Assembly (NCBI GenBank): GCA_028534125.1
Contig: CM052818.1
Coordinates: 9,612,001 to 9,676,000 of the forward strand
DNA: 64,000 nt
Origin: Lama glama
Lineage: Eukaryota
Reading direction: 5' to 3'
The notes below the pieces were generated by a model. It searched no databases and was not told where the DNA came from. It saw only the letters and a list, made by a program, of their open reading frames with translations. A program made the translations under genes and the position numbers. This document shows positions 12,831 through 24,854 of this stretch, one piece after another. Every line of letters starts with the position of its first letter. The stretch's first letter is position 1.

Positions 12831-12961
12831 CTGAGGAAAAATTCCTTCAAGCTTTGCTGTGAAGGAGAATAAAGAAATGGGATAGTGGCTGAAGGGTTAA
12901 TGCTTGGTCAAGAGGGATGATTTAAAACATGAGATGAGGTATATTTCTATGCTGATGGGAG

Positions 12962-13500
12962 TGTAGGGGGGGAAAATTCTTCTCTACCCTCTTAGCGTCT
13001 CCAGCTGGGCTTCAGAATTAAACTGACATAGGACAGATTAGCAAGAGAAAAGCATACAAGTTTTATTAAAGTTTTGCATGTACATGGACCTTCACAAGAG
13101 AATGAAGACCCGAAGAAGTGACCAGATCAGGAAGCTTTTATACCTTCTAAACAAAGAAACAATAAACTTGTGAAGAAATAACAAGACAAAGGGGTTTGGG
13201 CTAGGAGCAGTCAATGATGGGAAAGCAGCTATGAGATAAATGGGAGCAGGGCAAAATAGACGAGTGATTTTGGTAAGTTTGTACAGATCCACTGCAGCAT
13301 CAATTCCCAGTCTATGATGATAAGGGTTGTCTTCTCTTCCTAGTACAGGAAGGGTACCTTTCTCACAGGAAATTTTATGGCCTGTTTTTAGATAGAAAAA
13401 AGGAGGTCAGAGAGCCCTTCCTGCATCTGTTTCTTAAGTGCGCTCTGCTCAAAATAATCAATATGCTCAAGTGGCTTATTTTGGGGTGGCATGTCCTGAT
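12962..13500 (-). mobile_element. ERV1 solo LTR (MER34/LTR39-like)
   Basis: Minus strand starts atcaggacatgccaccccaaaataagccactt...gattattttgagc, contains TATAAAA and AATAAA, and ends with CA at 12962. Confidence 0.75.
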
Positions 13501-14869
13501 AGAGCTGATGTAGGAGGTGGAGTGAAGTTCTAGAGAAGGTGAGAGCCAGAGGGATCCAGGGCAGAGGCAGAGCGATTGGTCACTTTTGATACGGGAGGAA
13601 AGGAGAAGGTGGCTGCAGGTTAGGTAAATCATAGATATGGTGAAAGGAGATGAGATTGTCTTTTTCTCAGTAAAAAGTGGAGTGAGATGGGGCATCAGCT
13701 GAGAGGGGCAGTAGTTATGAGGAATGTTTAGGAGATGTTACGAAGTAGGAGACAGACATTATATATAAGCTTATCTGACATCTACACTTATAACCTAGAT
13801 AGATGTCCAAATGTGTTTGGTGGTCTGTGGAAAGACATGTATGTTTTTGCTTTATGGGAGGGAATTCTAGTGATCTATCACTCAAGGAATTCTTACCAAG
13901 AGATTAAACATTAAAATAATAAGTTTTTCCTATAATCCAGCCCCATATAAATCAGTTTTCATTTATGTTTTCAACATTTTGAAAATCCCTTCACAAATCT
14001 CAAAAAGTCCTAATGTTTGGTATATATTGTCACCTCTGACTGTGAAAGACTCTCCTGGAATACTAGAGGATCATCACTGCCATTTTGAGGGTTATTTTCA
14101 CACCTTTTATACAAATTTGAAAAAAATATACAGCAGTCATAGAAGTCAAATAAGGATAATCATTTTATCAGAAGTGAATACAGAAGAAATTTTTATTTCC
14201 AAACTCTGCTAAAAGTACTTTGCTGCTAAAATCAAATTTGTTTTATTTCCTTTATTGGAAGCTTAGAGTGGTGGTGAGTATTTTAAAAATTCTATTGGTT
14301 TTTGTAAAGATAATAGATTTTTGTCAAATTGGTCACTTGATAGCAAATATATTTCCTTAGTTATTACCACATCTACTACGTAAAACTAAAATACTAAAAA
14401 ATAGAGCTACTCATTCATATTTAAAACTTTTTGTCATAGGAATACATTTAATACCATATATATTGGGAGCTTTCTCCTAAATACCAACTGATTAAAATAT
14501 AAACTTCATACTTCATGATCTAGAGTTTGTTCTTACCTAAAACACTGAATCTATTATGGCAAGGAACAGCATAAAAAACTTTCTTTAAAAACAGAAACAA
14601 AAACAAATATCCTAAATACGCTATCTGAATCCTGAGTTTCAGTTCCTGGATTTAGGTAGAGAATCCAAAGAAATCTTGTTATCCAAATCTATCTGTTTCT
14701 GAGTGTCAGCTAGCCAATAGCAGGAGTTTAGATAGCAAAAAAAAAAAATTATCCAAAAATTTCTTGAATCTCAAGTTCCTGAGTTTGGATAGCAAGGATT
14801 GCCTTGAGTATCTTTCTGCACATATATGCACAAAGATGTTGTAAGTACTCAGATGTATTATCTGTCAGA

Positions 14870-15570
14870 AACAATGTGCATCATCCTGAACTTTTCTCTC
14901 TCTCCTCTCATCATAAAACCCAATCAAGTCCTTAAAGGTTGTATTTTCTAACTCAAATCTATTTATATCCATCATTCTCACCAGTTCCAATAAGTCTCTT
15001 AATGGTCTCCCTGTAAATCGCATCCCTCCTTAGTCCATTCTTTACACTGTAACGGAGAAAATATTCTAGACATTTAAATCACACTACTGCCCTGTTTAGC
15101 ACCCTTCAGCACCCTTCAGTGGTTCATCATTGCCCTTAGGATCAAGGCCTGTATCTCCAGAGCTTCATCCCACATCTTTTCCTGCTACCCTAGGTTCCTT
15201 AAATCATCGCACTTGCCTTTTCCTGACAGAGTCACATCCTCTTATCTCCAGGGCTTTGTTTATGTCCCCACCTTCCTAGGACAATGTCATCCTCTTCATG
15301 TGGATAACCTCTACTTCAGCTCTCTGCCTAAAATGTTACTTTCTTAAGAGAGGCATCTCCCATCCTTCCTTCCCCTCACCCAAAGGGTAGATTAGGGATC
15401 TATTCTCTGAATTCCCATTGAAACCCATACTCCCCACCATACCAGTCTATTTGTGAAGCATCTTATCTAAACTCCCTGAACTCTAGGAGTGTAGCCACTA
15501 TCCCTAGTTCTTAGCAGTGTCTGACACACAGTAAGTACATGCTCAATAAATATTGCTGCATGGATGAGTT
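14870..15570 (+). mobile_element. L2 3' end
   Basis: Ends with cagtgtctgacacacagtaag...gctcaataaatattgctgcatggatga. Confidence 0.75.
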
Positions 15571-16522
15571 AACATTTCCAATAAAATTAGTATAACCTGC
15601 TCTACAAACTCAAATACAAACCTATTTGCAATGCTTTTATTTTCTCCCAAACAAATGCTTAATCACCCAAAAGCCCTTTTAGCAGGAAGCCCATTATTTC
15701 CCACTTGTGGAACACTCCCTCATAGATTGCCCAGATACCCCAAGGGATAACTTATTCAGTCTACAGTGGGTTCTGTTCTTAACTGGAGTCTGATCAGTTG
15801 GCTAATGCTATAGTTTCCCATTATCTCACATTGTCACTTTTGGAAACTGGATCCAAGAGGCAGTGCTTGTGTGGATGTCACCCTTGCCGATCTATATTTC
15901 TGCCGTGAGGTCAGACTCTTTGAGGAATGATAGGCTGTTTGCCAAGGATGTTCCTTGGCCCACATTTGGCCTAACAAGAGCCCACTCTTAACAATCAGCC
16001 ACAGCAGATCACAGACAGCCTCAGGAGGGTTGGGTCAGGATGACTGGGTTTACCATGGTTCCAGAGCCACCATTTCTCCCTTTCTCTCCAGAGAGCACCA
16101 CTTACCAAAAAAATGAGGCAGTTTTAAAAATTCTGTTTATCTCAAGACACAGAAAGTCTTGCTGAGCCTTTCTCTCAGCACATTCAGAATCCTTACTGCT
16201 TGCCTATCCTTCTAAGTAAGGCTTCCTTCTGTCATTCTCAATCCTAGCCCGTGCTGTGAAAGGAAGGAAAAACACAAATTTGATCTTTGGTAGAGTACTT
16301 TTCTGGTCAGGCAGTCTGGCATGTCAAGAAAGAAGAGACTGGTGTGGAAAGACAGTGAACTAGTTGAAGCTTGCAAACTTGAGTCTCTTAATTTTGCAGC
16401 CAACTAGTTGGTCTAATGACTTTAGCCTCTTTAAGCCTCAGTTTCTATTATCTGCAAAAATAGGAGACTCTTTGATCCTTTCCAGCTCTTTAGAAGTCTA
16501 TAACCAATATTTTTTAAAAATC

Positions 16523-17025
16523 ATTTTTGTTGAAACAATTTACATACAGTGAAATGCATTTTAAGTATGCAGTTTCAAGTGTTTTGACAAATTTATACTA
16601 TAATCAAGTTACAGAACATTTCCATCCCCGCAAAATGGAATTTCCATTTCCATCATAGTTCCCTATGGCCCTCTGCAGTGAGTCCTCCTGCCCTTAGCAA
16701 CCACTGACTGGCTATTTGTCACTATAGATACAGTTTTTCCTATTCTAAAATTTCATGTGAATGGAAGATATGGTATATATTCTTTCTAGTTTACTGATTT
16801 TTAAAATCATAGCAAGATATATATAATGCTTCATAAATTTGTATCATCTTTGCACAAGGATCACACTAATCTTCCCTGTAAAGTTCCATTTTTGGTATAC
16901 ATGCTGCCAAAGTGAGCACAGTATATAAAACACAGTACGTAAAGACTTCTTTTGTACCTAGGTTTGTTTTTTGTTTTTTCATGGCATAATATTTTTGTGA
17001 TTCACTCCTGTTTTTGCATGTTCAA
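16523..17025 (-). mobile_element. L1M 3' UTR interrupted by the U6 retrocopy
   Basis: tttttgttgaaacaatttacatacagtgaaatgc...agcaaccactgactg...atttcatgtgaatggaa. Confidence 0.7.
16817..16919 (-). pseudogene. U6 snRNA processed pseudogene, near full length and degenerate
   Basis: Minus strand GTGCTCACTTTGGCAGCATGTATACCAAAAATGGAACTTTACAGGGAAGATTAGTGTGATCCTTGTGCAAAGATGATACAAATTTATGAAGCATT aligns end to end with U6; CpG decay, ACAGAGA box mutated, no upstream promoter. Confidence 0.9.
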
Positions 17026-17056
17026 GGTATTTTAAATATATTTTAAAAGCAAATAG

Positions 17057-17113
17057 ATCCCCAGTACCTCCATTAAACAAATAGATAAATAAACCTAATT
17101 ACTGCCCCCCCCC
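17057..17113 (+). mobile_element. 5'-truncated Vic-1-like SINE
   Basis: atccccagtacctccattaaa...aaacctaattac matches the 3' half of the other copies; TSD aaagcaaatag / aaagcaaacag. Confidence 0.7.
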
Positions 17114-17199
17114 AAAGCAAACAGTGTTTTTAGACTGGAGAATTTTTTTTGAATACTGTCATTCTAATATTAAAAAGTTAAATAAACTTGAGTAATTTC

Positions 17200-18610
17200 T
17201 TGATGTTATATGGTATCTGTTTATTAGCAAAGAAAAAGGTCATATGCTATTTATTTTCAGAATCAATTGATTTCACAAGTGAGAACATAATAGTGAACCC
17301 TATAAGGATAGTATCAGAGCAGGGAAACAGGGATGACCCTATGGCAGCAGATAATGGCAACCCATTGTGAGGAAAGCACTGCAGAGGGTGGCAGGGGCAG
17401 TCAGGTGGGGTCAGGAGATTGGCTTGCACAGGGGATTCAACATTATCAGTAAACATATTTCAGATAATGGTGGCCAGATTTCTCACTGACTGAAAAGGAA
17501 GAAACAAAAACAAAGAGGGAGAAAGTTAGATGAATCCTGCAGTATTGAATTGGACTTGGAATTATCAATGTGAATTAGCAGTTTACAATACAGGTGGGGA
17601 GTTATAAAAATATAGAGGGTATATACTTATACTTCCTAGCTCTGTCCACAGAATGGGCCTGGAAGCAGAAATATCCCAGTAGAAATGAGCATACCTAGGA
17701 CCCAGATGTTGGTTTCTAAATACCATTCCTCACTCAAAGAAGCCAGTGTTTCTTGAATAACTAGCTGATTCCAGACGAGAACAGGAAAAATTAAAGTTGA
17801 GCTTGGAAAAACTTATTGTGCCAAGAGGTATGGAAGTGTTAAAAAAATGATGGAGACATGTCAGGAGAACACACAATTCAACATGAAGTGGCTCCCACTG
17901 GCCAAGTCTGGGATAACCTAAGCATCAAACTAATGCCATTTATACATTATAAATCATTCAATTAAGTAGAACCCACGATATGACTATATGAATAAAATAC
18001 AGGGAGAGGAGACAGTTTTTTCTGACAGTAAGATAGAAATAGAAAAATGCCATTTGGCAACTATCATAGTAATAATTGATTCAAGAAAGAACCATCAATG
18101 GGTGCTAATACTGGTAGATAAAAAAGGGGTGAGGAACTAGATATGTGTGTAGTTTCAAAGTATCTCCACATATAATATATGTTAACTACAAAGAAGAAAA
18201 ATAACTTCACAATGGAGAAGATAAGAAGACATTATCTTAATCAAATGATGAAATTTACCACCACCACTAATGTACAAATTGACATTGTGTGCCACTCAGC
18301 ACGATATGAGGTGTCATCGGACGAATCTAAATTGAGGGACAGTCTACAAAATCACTGTCTTATAATCTTCAAAAATGTTAAGGGCATGAAACTCAAAGAC
18401 TCAGAAACTTTCCCTGATTGAAACAGTCCAGAGAGACATGACAACGAGGTATAAGGCTGAACCTAAATTGGATCCTTCCTAGGTAATATAAAGGATATTA
18501 CTAGGACAATTCACAAAACTTGAATGTGGTCTCGGGGTATATTTGGGAATTCTCTGCACTATTCTTAAAATTTTTCTGTAAGTTCAAAATTATTTCAAAA
18601 TGTTTTTTTT
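17200..18610 (+). mobile_element. L1MC-like 3' UTR
   Basis: cagatgttggtttctaaataccattc, gctcccactggccaagtctggga, ctgtaagttcaaaattatttcaaaat. Confidence 0.75.
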
Positions 18611-18733
18611 TTAAAAAAAGATCGAATCAGTTGGTTTCAGAAATCACTTTAAAAAAATATATTTACTATCTTGGCCAGAATTTGTTAGAATCTTTTTTCC
18701 CTCCCAGAACTCTTTTGGATCTGTTACAATATA

Positions 18734-19295
18734 TTTGCTTGCAAGTAACAGGAAATCCACTCAACTGTCTGAAACAATAAAAGAAATGCATTTTCTCAGA
18801 AAATGTCCTGGGGTAGTTTAGTCAACGGGTTAATCACCAGCCCAAGACTGTCTTTAAATTGTTCCCCTTTCATCTCTCAGCGTAGCAGCTTTACCCCATC
18901 TTGGTTCCCCTCATGACTGCAACGAGGTTTCAGCAACTCTAAGCTTAATGTTCTGATATTACAACGTCCAAAGACCCAAAAGGGAAGAAGAGTACATCCC
19001 TTAGTCATGCCTATTTTTAAACATCAGGGGAAATTTCCCAGGAGCACTTCAGCAGACTTTCCCTCACCTTTCATTACCCATAATCACATGTCCACTCTTA
19101 AATGAATCACTGGCAAGGAGATTTGAATCCCCATTACTAGAGTGGATTGATCAAAATTCATCTTCTGGGGCTAGTGAAGGACCAGCTTCCCTTAAAAGCA
19201 TTTTACCACTTAATACCTGAATGAAATTGGAATTCTATAAGCAAAGAAGAAAGAGAATGGCTGCTGAGTAAGCAACCAACATTATCTGTCCCACA
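18734..19295 (-). mobile_element. MLT1J/K-like MaLR LTR
   Basis: ttgcaagtaacaggaaatccactcaact...cagcagactttccctcac...gtaagcaaccaac...caca. Confidence 0.7.
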
Positions 19296-21900
19296 ATACT
19301 CCTTAATTTAATTGAATAATCTTTAAAGATTTCTTTAAACATCTCTATTTTCCAGTGTAAAGGAAATTTTAAAAGAACATATGTTACATATGATGGATTA
19401 CTGAATTTACTTCAGAACATTCAGGCATTTAATTTTTCTAAATCCAGTTATAACCAGTTCAAGTCTCCACTCACCCCTCTGATTCACACAGATTCCAGTG
19501 CTGGCTTCCCTGACACATAATTCATTAATCTAGTCACTGGCTAACTCTCAACCTCAGCAATCACTGAGATGTACTCACATCTTGATCTGATCACCATCTG
19601 TGTGGCCCCATAGAGATCAAGGTATAGCTTGAAGGGAGTGGGAAAGGGTGAGCTGCGAACAAAGGGATTACAGGGACAAGCCCTGCCCTCTTCCCACCTA
19701 TGTTGATTCTAAAAGTTGAAAACCAAAAAACAATGTTTACATTATTGTAGTTATGTAAATGTCGTTCACTGAAGAGCCAGACTTTTCTATGATTGCACTT
19801 TCTTCTCCGGTTCCAATGCATAACTTAAAGATCCTCTTCATATCTCTCCTCTGCTGGGACCCTTGTTTTTTGGGTAGCCACACCTTCTTTTTCGCTGTGT
19901 TGGTGTATGACATACACAAATAACCTGAGAAAGTATGTGTGGAAGGTACACTTTTTTGAGTCAGTGATTAACTACAGGTCTTGTGACTCTTTCACACTTG
20001 ATAGTTTAACTAGGCACAGAATCCCAAGTCCAAAGCATTTTCTATTGTCTGCTTTGCTCCACTGTCCTCTACCTTCCAGTGTTGCTCTTGAGAATATATC
20101 ATTTCAATTTCCTATGCTTTGAATACGGCTTTTTTTTCCCTCTGTGGAAGGTGTTAGAGCTTCTCTCTATCCTTGGCATTGTAAATTTCACAATGACATA
20201 CCTTGTTTGTTTGGGCATCACTTACTTCTATTTTTCAGTATAAAAAGCACAATTTTAAGAAATGATGACTATGACAAACAGAACCATGGCAAGTTATTAA
20301 ACATATTTTTGTACACATATATGAATATTCCAAGAGTAAAATATCATTAAGTGTGAAACACATGATAGCACTATCCATATATACAGAGCTCACACACAGA
20401 TCCACCTGGGTCATCTCTGGATCTTTTATATACATGTCATTGATACAAAAAGTCTGCAGTTGAACTTCTACTCTCCAGTTGTCCTTTTCCTGATATAAAG
20501 TTAAATATTTAAGGAACTTTAGAGATATAAAGAAAATGCATTAAATGCTAAGAGCTGTCTGTGCTTTACCCTGAACAATTGTGCACTATACCTTGATAAA
20601 AACTTCTGTAGCCCATTTCTAGCTAAGATAGTGGAAGATTCTTCTAGTTCCTTTTTAGCCAGTTTATTTCTTCATAGTCATTTGAGGACAAGGTACAAAA
20701 ATAGCTCAGGAACCAAATTCCATTTATATGGTTAAGTTCATTATAAAATGCCACTCAGTTTTTAAGTCACTAAAAGGACACTTTCTGCAGCAAAAAAAAA
20801 AGTTCAAGTTTTTGTTGTTTGACAAAGACATGATAATGCAATACATATATTATATAATCATTACAACAACCTAAAGTGAAATGTATACAGTTTAAGGGAA
20901 ACAAGTTTGCAATTGTTTTAATCTAGAAATCTGTGTTTCTTGGTTGTAGAACTTTTCTTGAATTATTTTATTTCATTGATAATTTCATCCTCCTTCTGAT
21001 TTTCTCTTTCTGGAACTCCTATTAGTCAGATGTTGAATATCCAAAGTTGAATGATCAAAAGGTCCCAATCATCATTTTTCCTCCTATAGTCACAGCTATT
21101 TCCTTAATCTTTCCTATAATTGCATTTTTATTTCAGCAAGTAAAGAAGCTCCTCCTTATTCTCTTTTTTCTTGTATTATCTTGTATTTATTTTATGGATA
21201 CAAATGTTCTTGAATTTTTCTGAAGATACTTATATTAAAGTTATTTTTTAATGTTTTATTTTGTTACCTGAATTAGTTTTTCCCTCTAAGGTCATTTTTT
21301 CTCTTAGTTTATTTTGCTCTTTTTCTGTTGGGTTGTTAAGAAATGTTTTTTGGCTATTGGTCACATTTAAGAACTAGGCAAGAGGAAGCCTGTCTACAAG
21401 CCTGTGCTTTTGGGTGGGGCCCTCTCCTGGCCTGCTTTAGTGTGAATGACAAGAAGCTGGGCACAATTCTACCAGACACCCGACTCCAAGTCTGCTCTTC
21501 TATTTCTGGTTCTCACTTCAGCCGGTGGCTCTTCCAAGAAAAAAAATCTTGAGATTATCTTCAATTTGTCCACCCCTCCCCAACCATTTCCTAGGTCATT
21601 TTCTAAGTTTTGTTGATTTTCTTTCCTAAACATCTTTTTTTTTTAACATCTCTTAACTCTCATGCTTCCTATTTTATCTCCACTGTGATCATTTTATGTG
21701 TCAATCTGTTTATGTTATAATAGTGAATCTATACTGATTTCAAACTATGTAAAGAATAGTTATGTTCAGAGAAGCCCAGCTTCTGCAGTTCTAATCCCTC
21801 CATCTCATTCCTGCTCCCCAGTGATAACCAGTTTTGTTTTTGTTTTGGTTTTGGCTGATCTTTTTTGTTTCGTTTTGCAAAAATAAAGAAATGTATTTGT

Positions 21901-22137
21901 TACTCAATAAGAAAAAAATAAACAACCCAATCCAAAAATGGGCAGAAGACCTAAACAAGCAATTCTCCAAGGAAGACATACAAATGATCAAAAAGCACAT
22001 GAAAAAATGCTCAATATCACTAATTATCAGAGAAATGCAAATCAAAACTACAATGAGGTATCACCGCACACCAGTTAGAATGGCCGTCATTCAAAAATCC
22101 ACAAATGACAAATGCTGGAGAGGCTGTGGAGAAAGGG
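21901..22137 (+). mobile_element. Young L1 ORF2 C-terminal fragment, left of the gap
   Basis: Intact frame [21 protein letters not shown]...[13 protein letters not shown]...KCWRGCGE. Confidence 0.92.
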
Positions 22138-22637
22138 NNNNNNNNNNNNNNNNNNNNNNNNNNNNNNNNNNNNNNNNNNNNNNNNNNNNNNNNNNNNNNN
22201 NNNNNNNNNNNNNNNNNNNNNNNNNNNNNNNNNNNNNNNNNNNNNNNNNNNNNNNNNNNNNNNNNNNNNNNNNNNNNNNNNNNNNNNNNNNNNNNNNNNN
22301 NNNNNNNNNNNNNNNNNNNNNNNNNNNNNNNNNNNNNNNNNNNNNNNNNNNNNNNNNNNNNNNNNNNNNNNNNNNNNNNNNNNNNNNNNNNNNNNNNNNN
22401 NNNNNNNNNNNNNNNNNNNNNNNNNNNNNNNNNNNNNNNNNNNNNNNNNNNNNNNNNNNNNNNNNNNNNNNNNNNNNNNNNNNNNNNNNNNNNNNNNNNN
22501 NNNNNNNNNNNNNNNNNNNNNNNNNNNNNNNNNNNNNNNNNNNNNNNNNNNNNNNNNNNNNNNNNNNNNNNNNNNNNNNNNNNNNNNNNNNNNNNNNNNN
22601 NNNNNNNNNNNNNNNNNNNNNNNNNNNNNNNNNNNNN
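22138..22637. other. Assembly gap (exactly 500 N)
   Basis: Run of N with L1 sequence on both sides. Confidence 0.99.
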
Positions 22638-23478
22638 AAAGGAACAAAGAGGAAATACCAAATCAACTGCAAAAATAAGTTCAAAATGGCAATAAACACA
22701 CACCTATCATTAATTACTGTAAATGTTAATGGACTAAACCCTCCAGTCAAAAGACATAGAGTGGCAGACTGGATAATAAAGCAAGAACCTTCAATATGCT
22801 GCATACAAGAGATCCACCTTAGGGAGAAGGAATCCTACTTCAAAATGACACCTGCACCCCAATGTTCATAGCAGCACTGTTTACAATGGCCAAGACATGG
22901 AGGCGGCCTAAATGTCCATCAACAGATGACTGGATAAAGAAGATATGGTATATTTATTTATACAATGGAATACTATTCAGCCGTAAAAACCAACAACATA
23001 ATGCCATTTGCAGCAACATGGATGTTCCTGGAGAATGTCATTCTAAGTGAAGTAAGCCAGAAAGAGAAAGAAAAATACCACATGAGATCCCTCATATGTG
23101 GAATCTTAAAAAACAAAACAAAACAAAAAACATAAATACAAAACAGAAACAGACTCACAGACATGAAATACAAACTTGTGGTTGCCAAGGGGGCGGGGGT
23201 GGGTGGGAAGGGACTGACTGGGATTTCAAAATGCATAATAGATAAACAAGATTATACTGTATAGCACAGGGAAATATATACAAGATCTTCTGGTACCTCA
23301 CAGTGAAAAAAATGTGACAATGAATATATATATGCTCATTATAACTGAAAAGTTGTGCTCTACACTGGAATTTGACACAACATTGTAAAATGAGTATAAC
23401 TCAATAAAAAAATGTTTAAAAAAATAAAAGAGAGACTTAAGAGACATGAAAAAAAAAAAAAAAGAAAAAGAAAAAAAC
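22638..23478 (+). mobile_element. Young L1: ORF2 start fused to ORF2 end, plus 3' UTR and poly(A)
   Basis: ATG at 22686 opens MAINTHLSLITVNVNGLNPPVKRHRVADWI...CCIQEIHL (endonuclease N-terminus), followed directly by TCTPMFIAALFT..., the 3' UTR and A tails. Confidence 0.9.
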
Positions 23479-23595
23479 TGAAAATAACCTCAATGTCCGT
23501 TGACAGAAAATGGATAAATACATTTTTCTAGATTCACAGAATAGACTACTAAACTATAAAGTAGCTAAAATAAACAAACATAAGGTATCTATCTC

Positions 23596-23741
23596 GGGGG
23601 GAGAGTATAGCTCAGTGGTAGAGTGCAAGCCTAGCATGCATGAGGTCCTGGGTTCAATCCTCAGTCCACTAAAAGTAATAAATAAATAGATAAACCTAAT
23701 TACCTCCTTACCATAAAAATTTTTAAAAATTTAAAAAATTA
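23596..23741 (+). mobile_element. tRNA-derived SINE (Vic-1-like)
   Basis: GGGGGGAGAGTATAGCTCAGTGGTAGAG...GGTTCAATCC head, A-rich tail, TSD-like ataaggtatctatctc / ataagctatttgtctc. Confidence 0.88.
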
Positions 23742-24835
23742 AAATAAGCTATTTGTCTCAAAATGTATAAATCTCAAAAACATAGAGTCTAAATATTATA
23801 TAAGGAGATGTACAGTATGAGTTCCTTATATAAAGTTTAAGTAGTATATTATGCTGTGAATGTATAATATATGTAGTAAAAGTATAACAACATTCATGGG
23901 CATAATAAACATCAACTTCAAGGAAGTGTTTACTTCTGGGAAAGGAGGAGCTGGAAACAGGATCATCTACAATAGGGTGAGGATACTGGCAATATTTCAC
24001 TTCTTATAAAATATATATATCATGCTATTATGTCAAAATGCTGCGTGGTAGGTAGGTACCTGGATGTTTGCTGAATTATCCTCTGTAGTTTTCTACTTGA
24101 AATATTTAATAATAATTAAAGAGAAAATACAGGCAAGCCAAAATGAAAAGAAAGAGCATCTATAATTCTACGTTCTCTGCCCCATCCCTGAATAACTTCT
24201 ATTAACATATTGGTGTGTAATCTGTCCAATGTTTCTCTGTGTCTTTGTGTCTCTGCCAAGAACCACAGGAGGAACAGGGTGGCAGGTCTTCAGATAATCA
24301 CAGTGAGGACAGTGCAGAGTTTAGCAGGCTAGATAATCTGGATCTTATCTTAAAAATTTAGAAGATATAGTTTTGCTAAGCTAAAATATTTACTAAAAGG
24401 AGAAACATTTCATTATTCTATATATATGGATTTGCATTAATTCATTTCCCACCACTTATTTTGTTTTGTAAACATTTTCCCCCCTCTCATTTTTTCAGAA
24501 CTACTAGAGACTTCTAAACATAAAACCTATAAATATACAAAAGCATGGCTATAAGAATAGGCATTTCTGGCATTGAAGACGGGCATCAAATTTAAACTTG
24601 ATCTTATAAATGGTGTTTCTTGTTTTTTTCTTTTTCTGCTTTTCTTCCGAAAAAAAGGAAGCTCTTTCTTGTTTTGTCTTCTAGGATTCCTTAAGTATTT
24701 TAGCTATAATTTCTTCTTTCTTTCCCCAATATTCTGTTTCCTTCTATAAGCAATATGCCTATGTACACTTGCTAAGGAAGACTAAGCAAGCATAAAGCTT
24801 AATGTGACTTTTAAACTATGATTTCCTTGTACTTT

Positions 24836-24854
24836 TAGCGCCACCTTATGGCAG
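24836..24854 (-). promoter_or_regulatory. Candidate CTCF binding site
   Basis: Minus strand GCTGCCATAAGGTGGCGCTA resembles the CTCF core CCASYAGRKGGCRS; CpGs are retained in an otherwise CpG-depleted region. Confidence 0.5.

Noticed and set aside
16817..16919. Functional U6 snRNA gene
   Set aside because: ACAGAGA box mutated, many substitutions, no PSE/TATA promoter, and embedded in an L1.
21834..22871. Long ORFs of 186-345 aa spanning 21.8-22.9 kb
   Set aside because: Artefacts of translating through the 500-N gap; the real parts are L1 ORF2 fragments.
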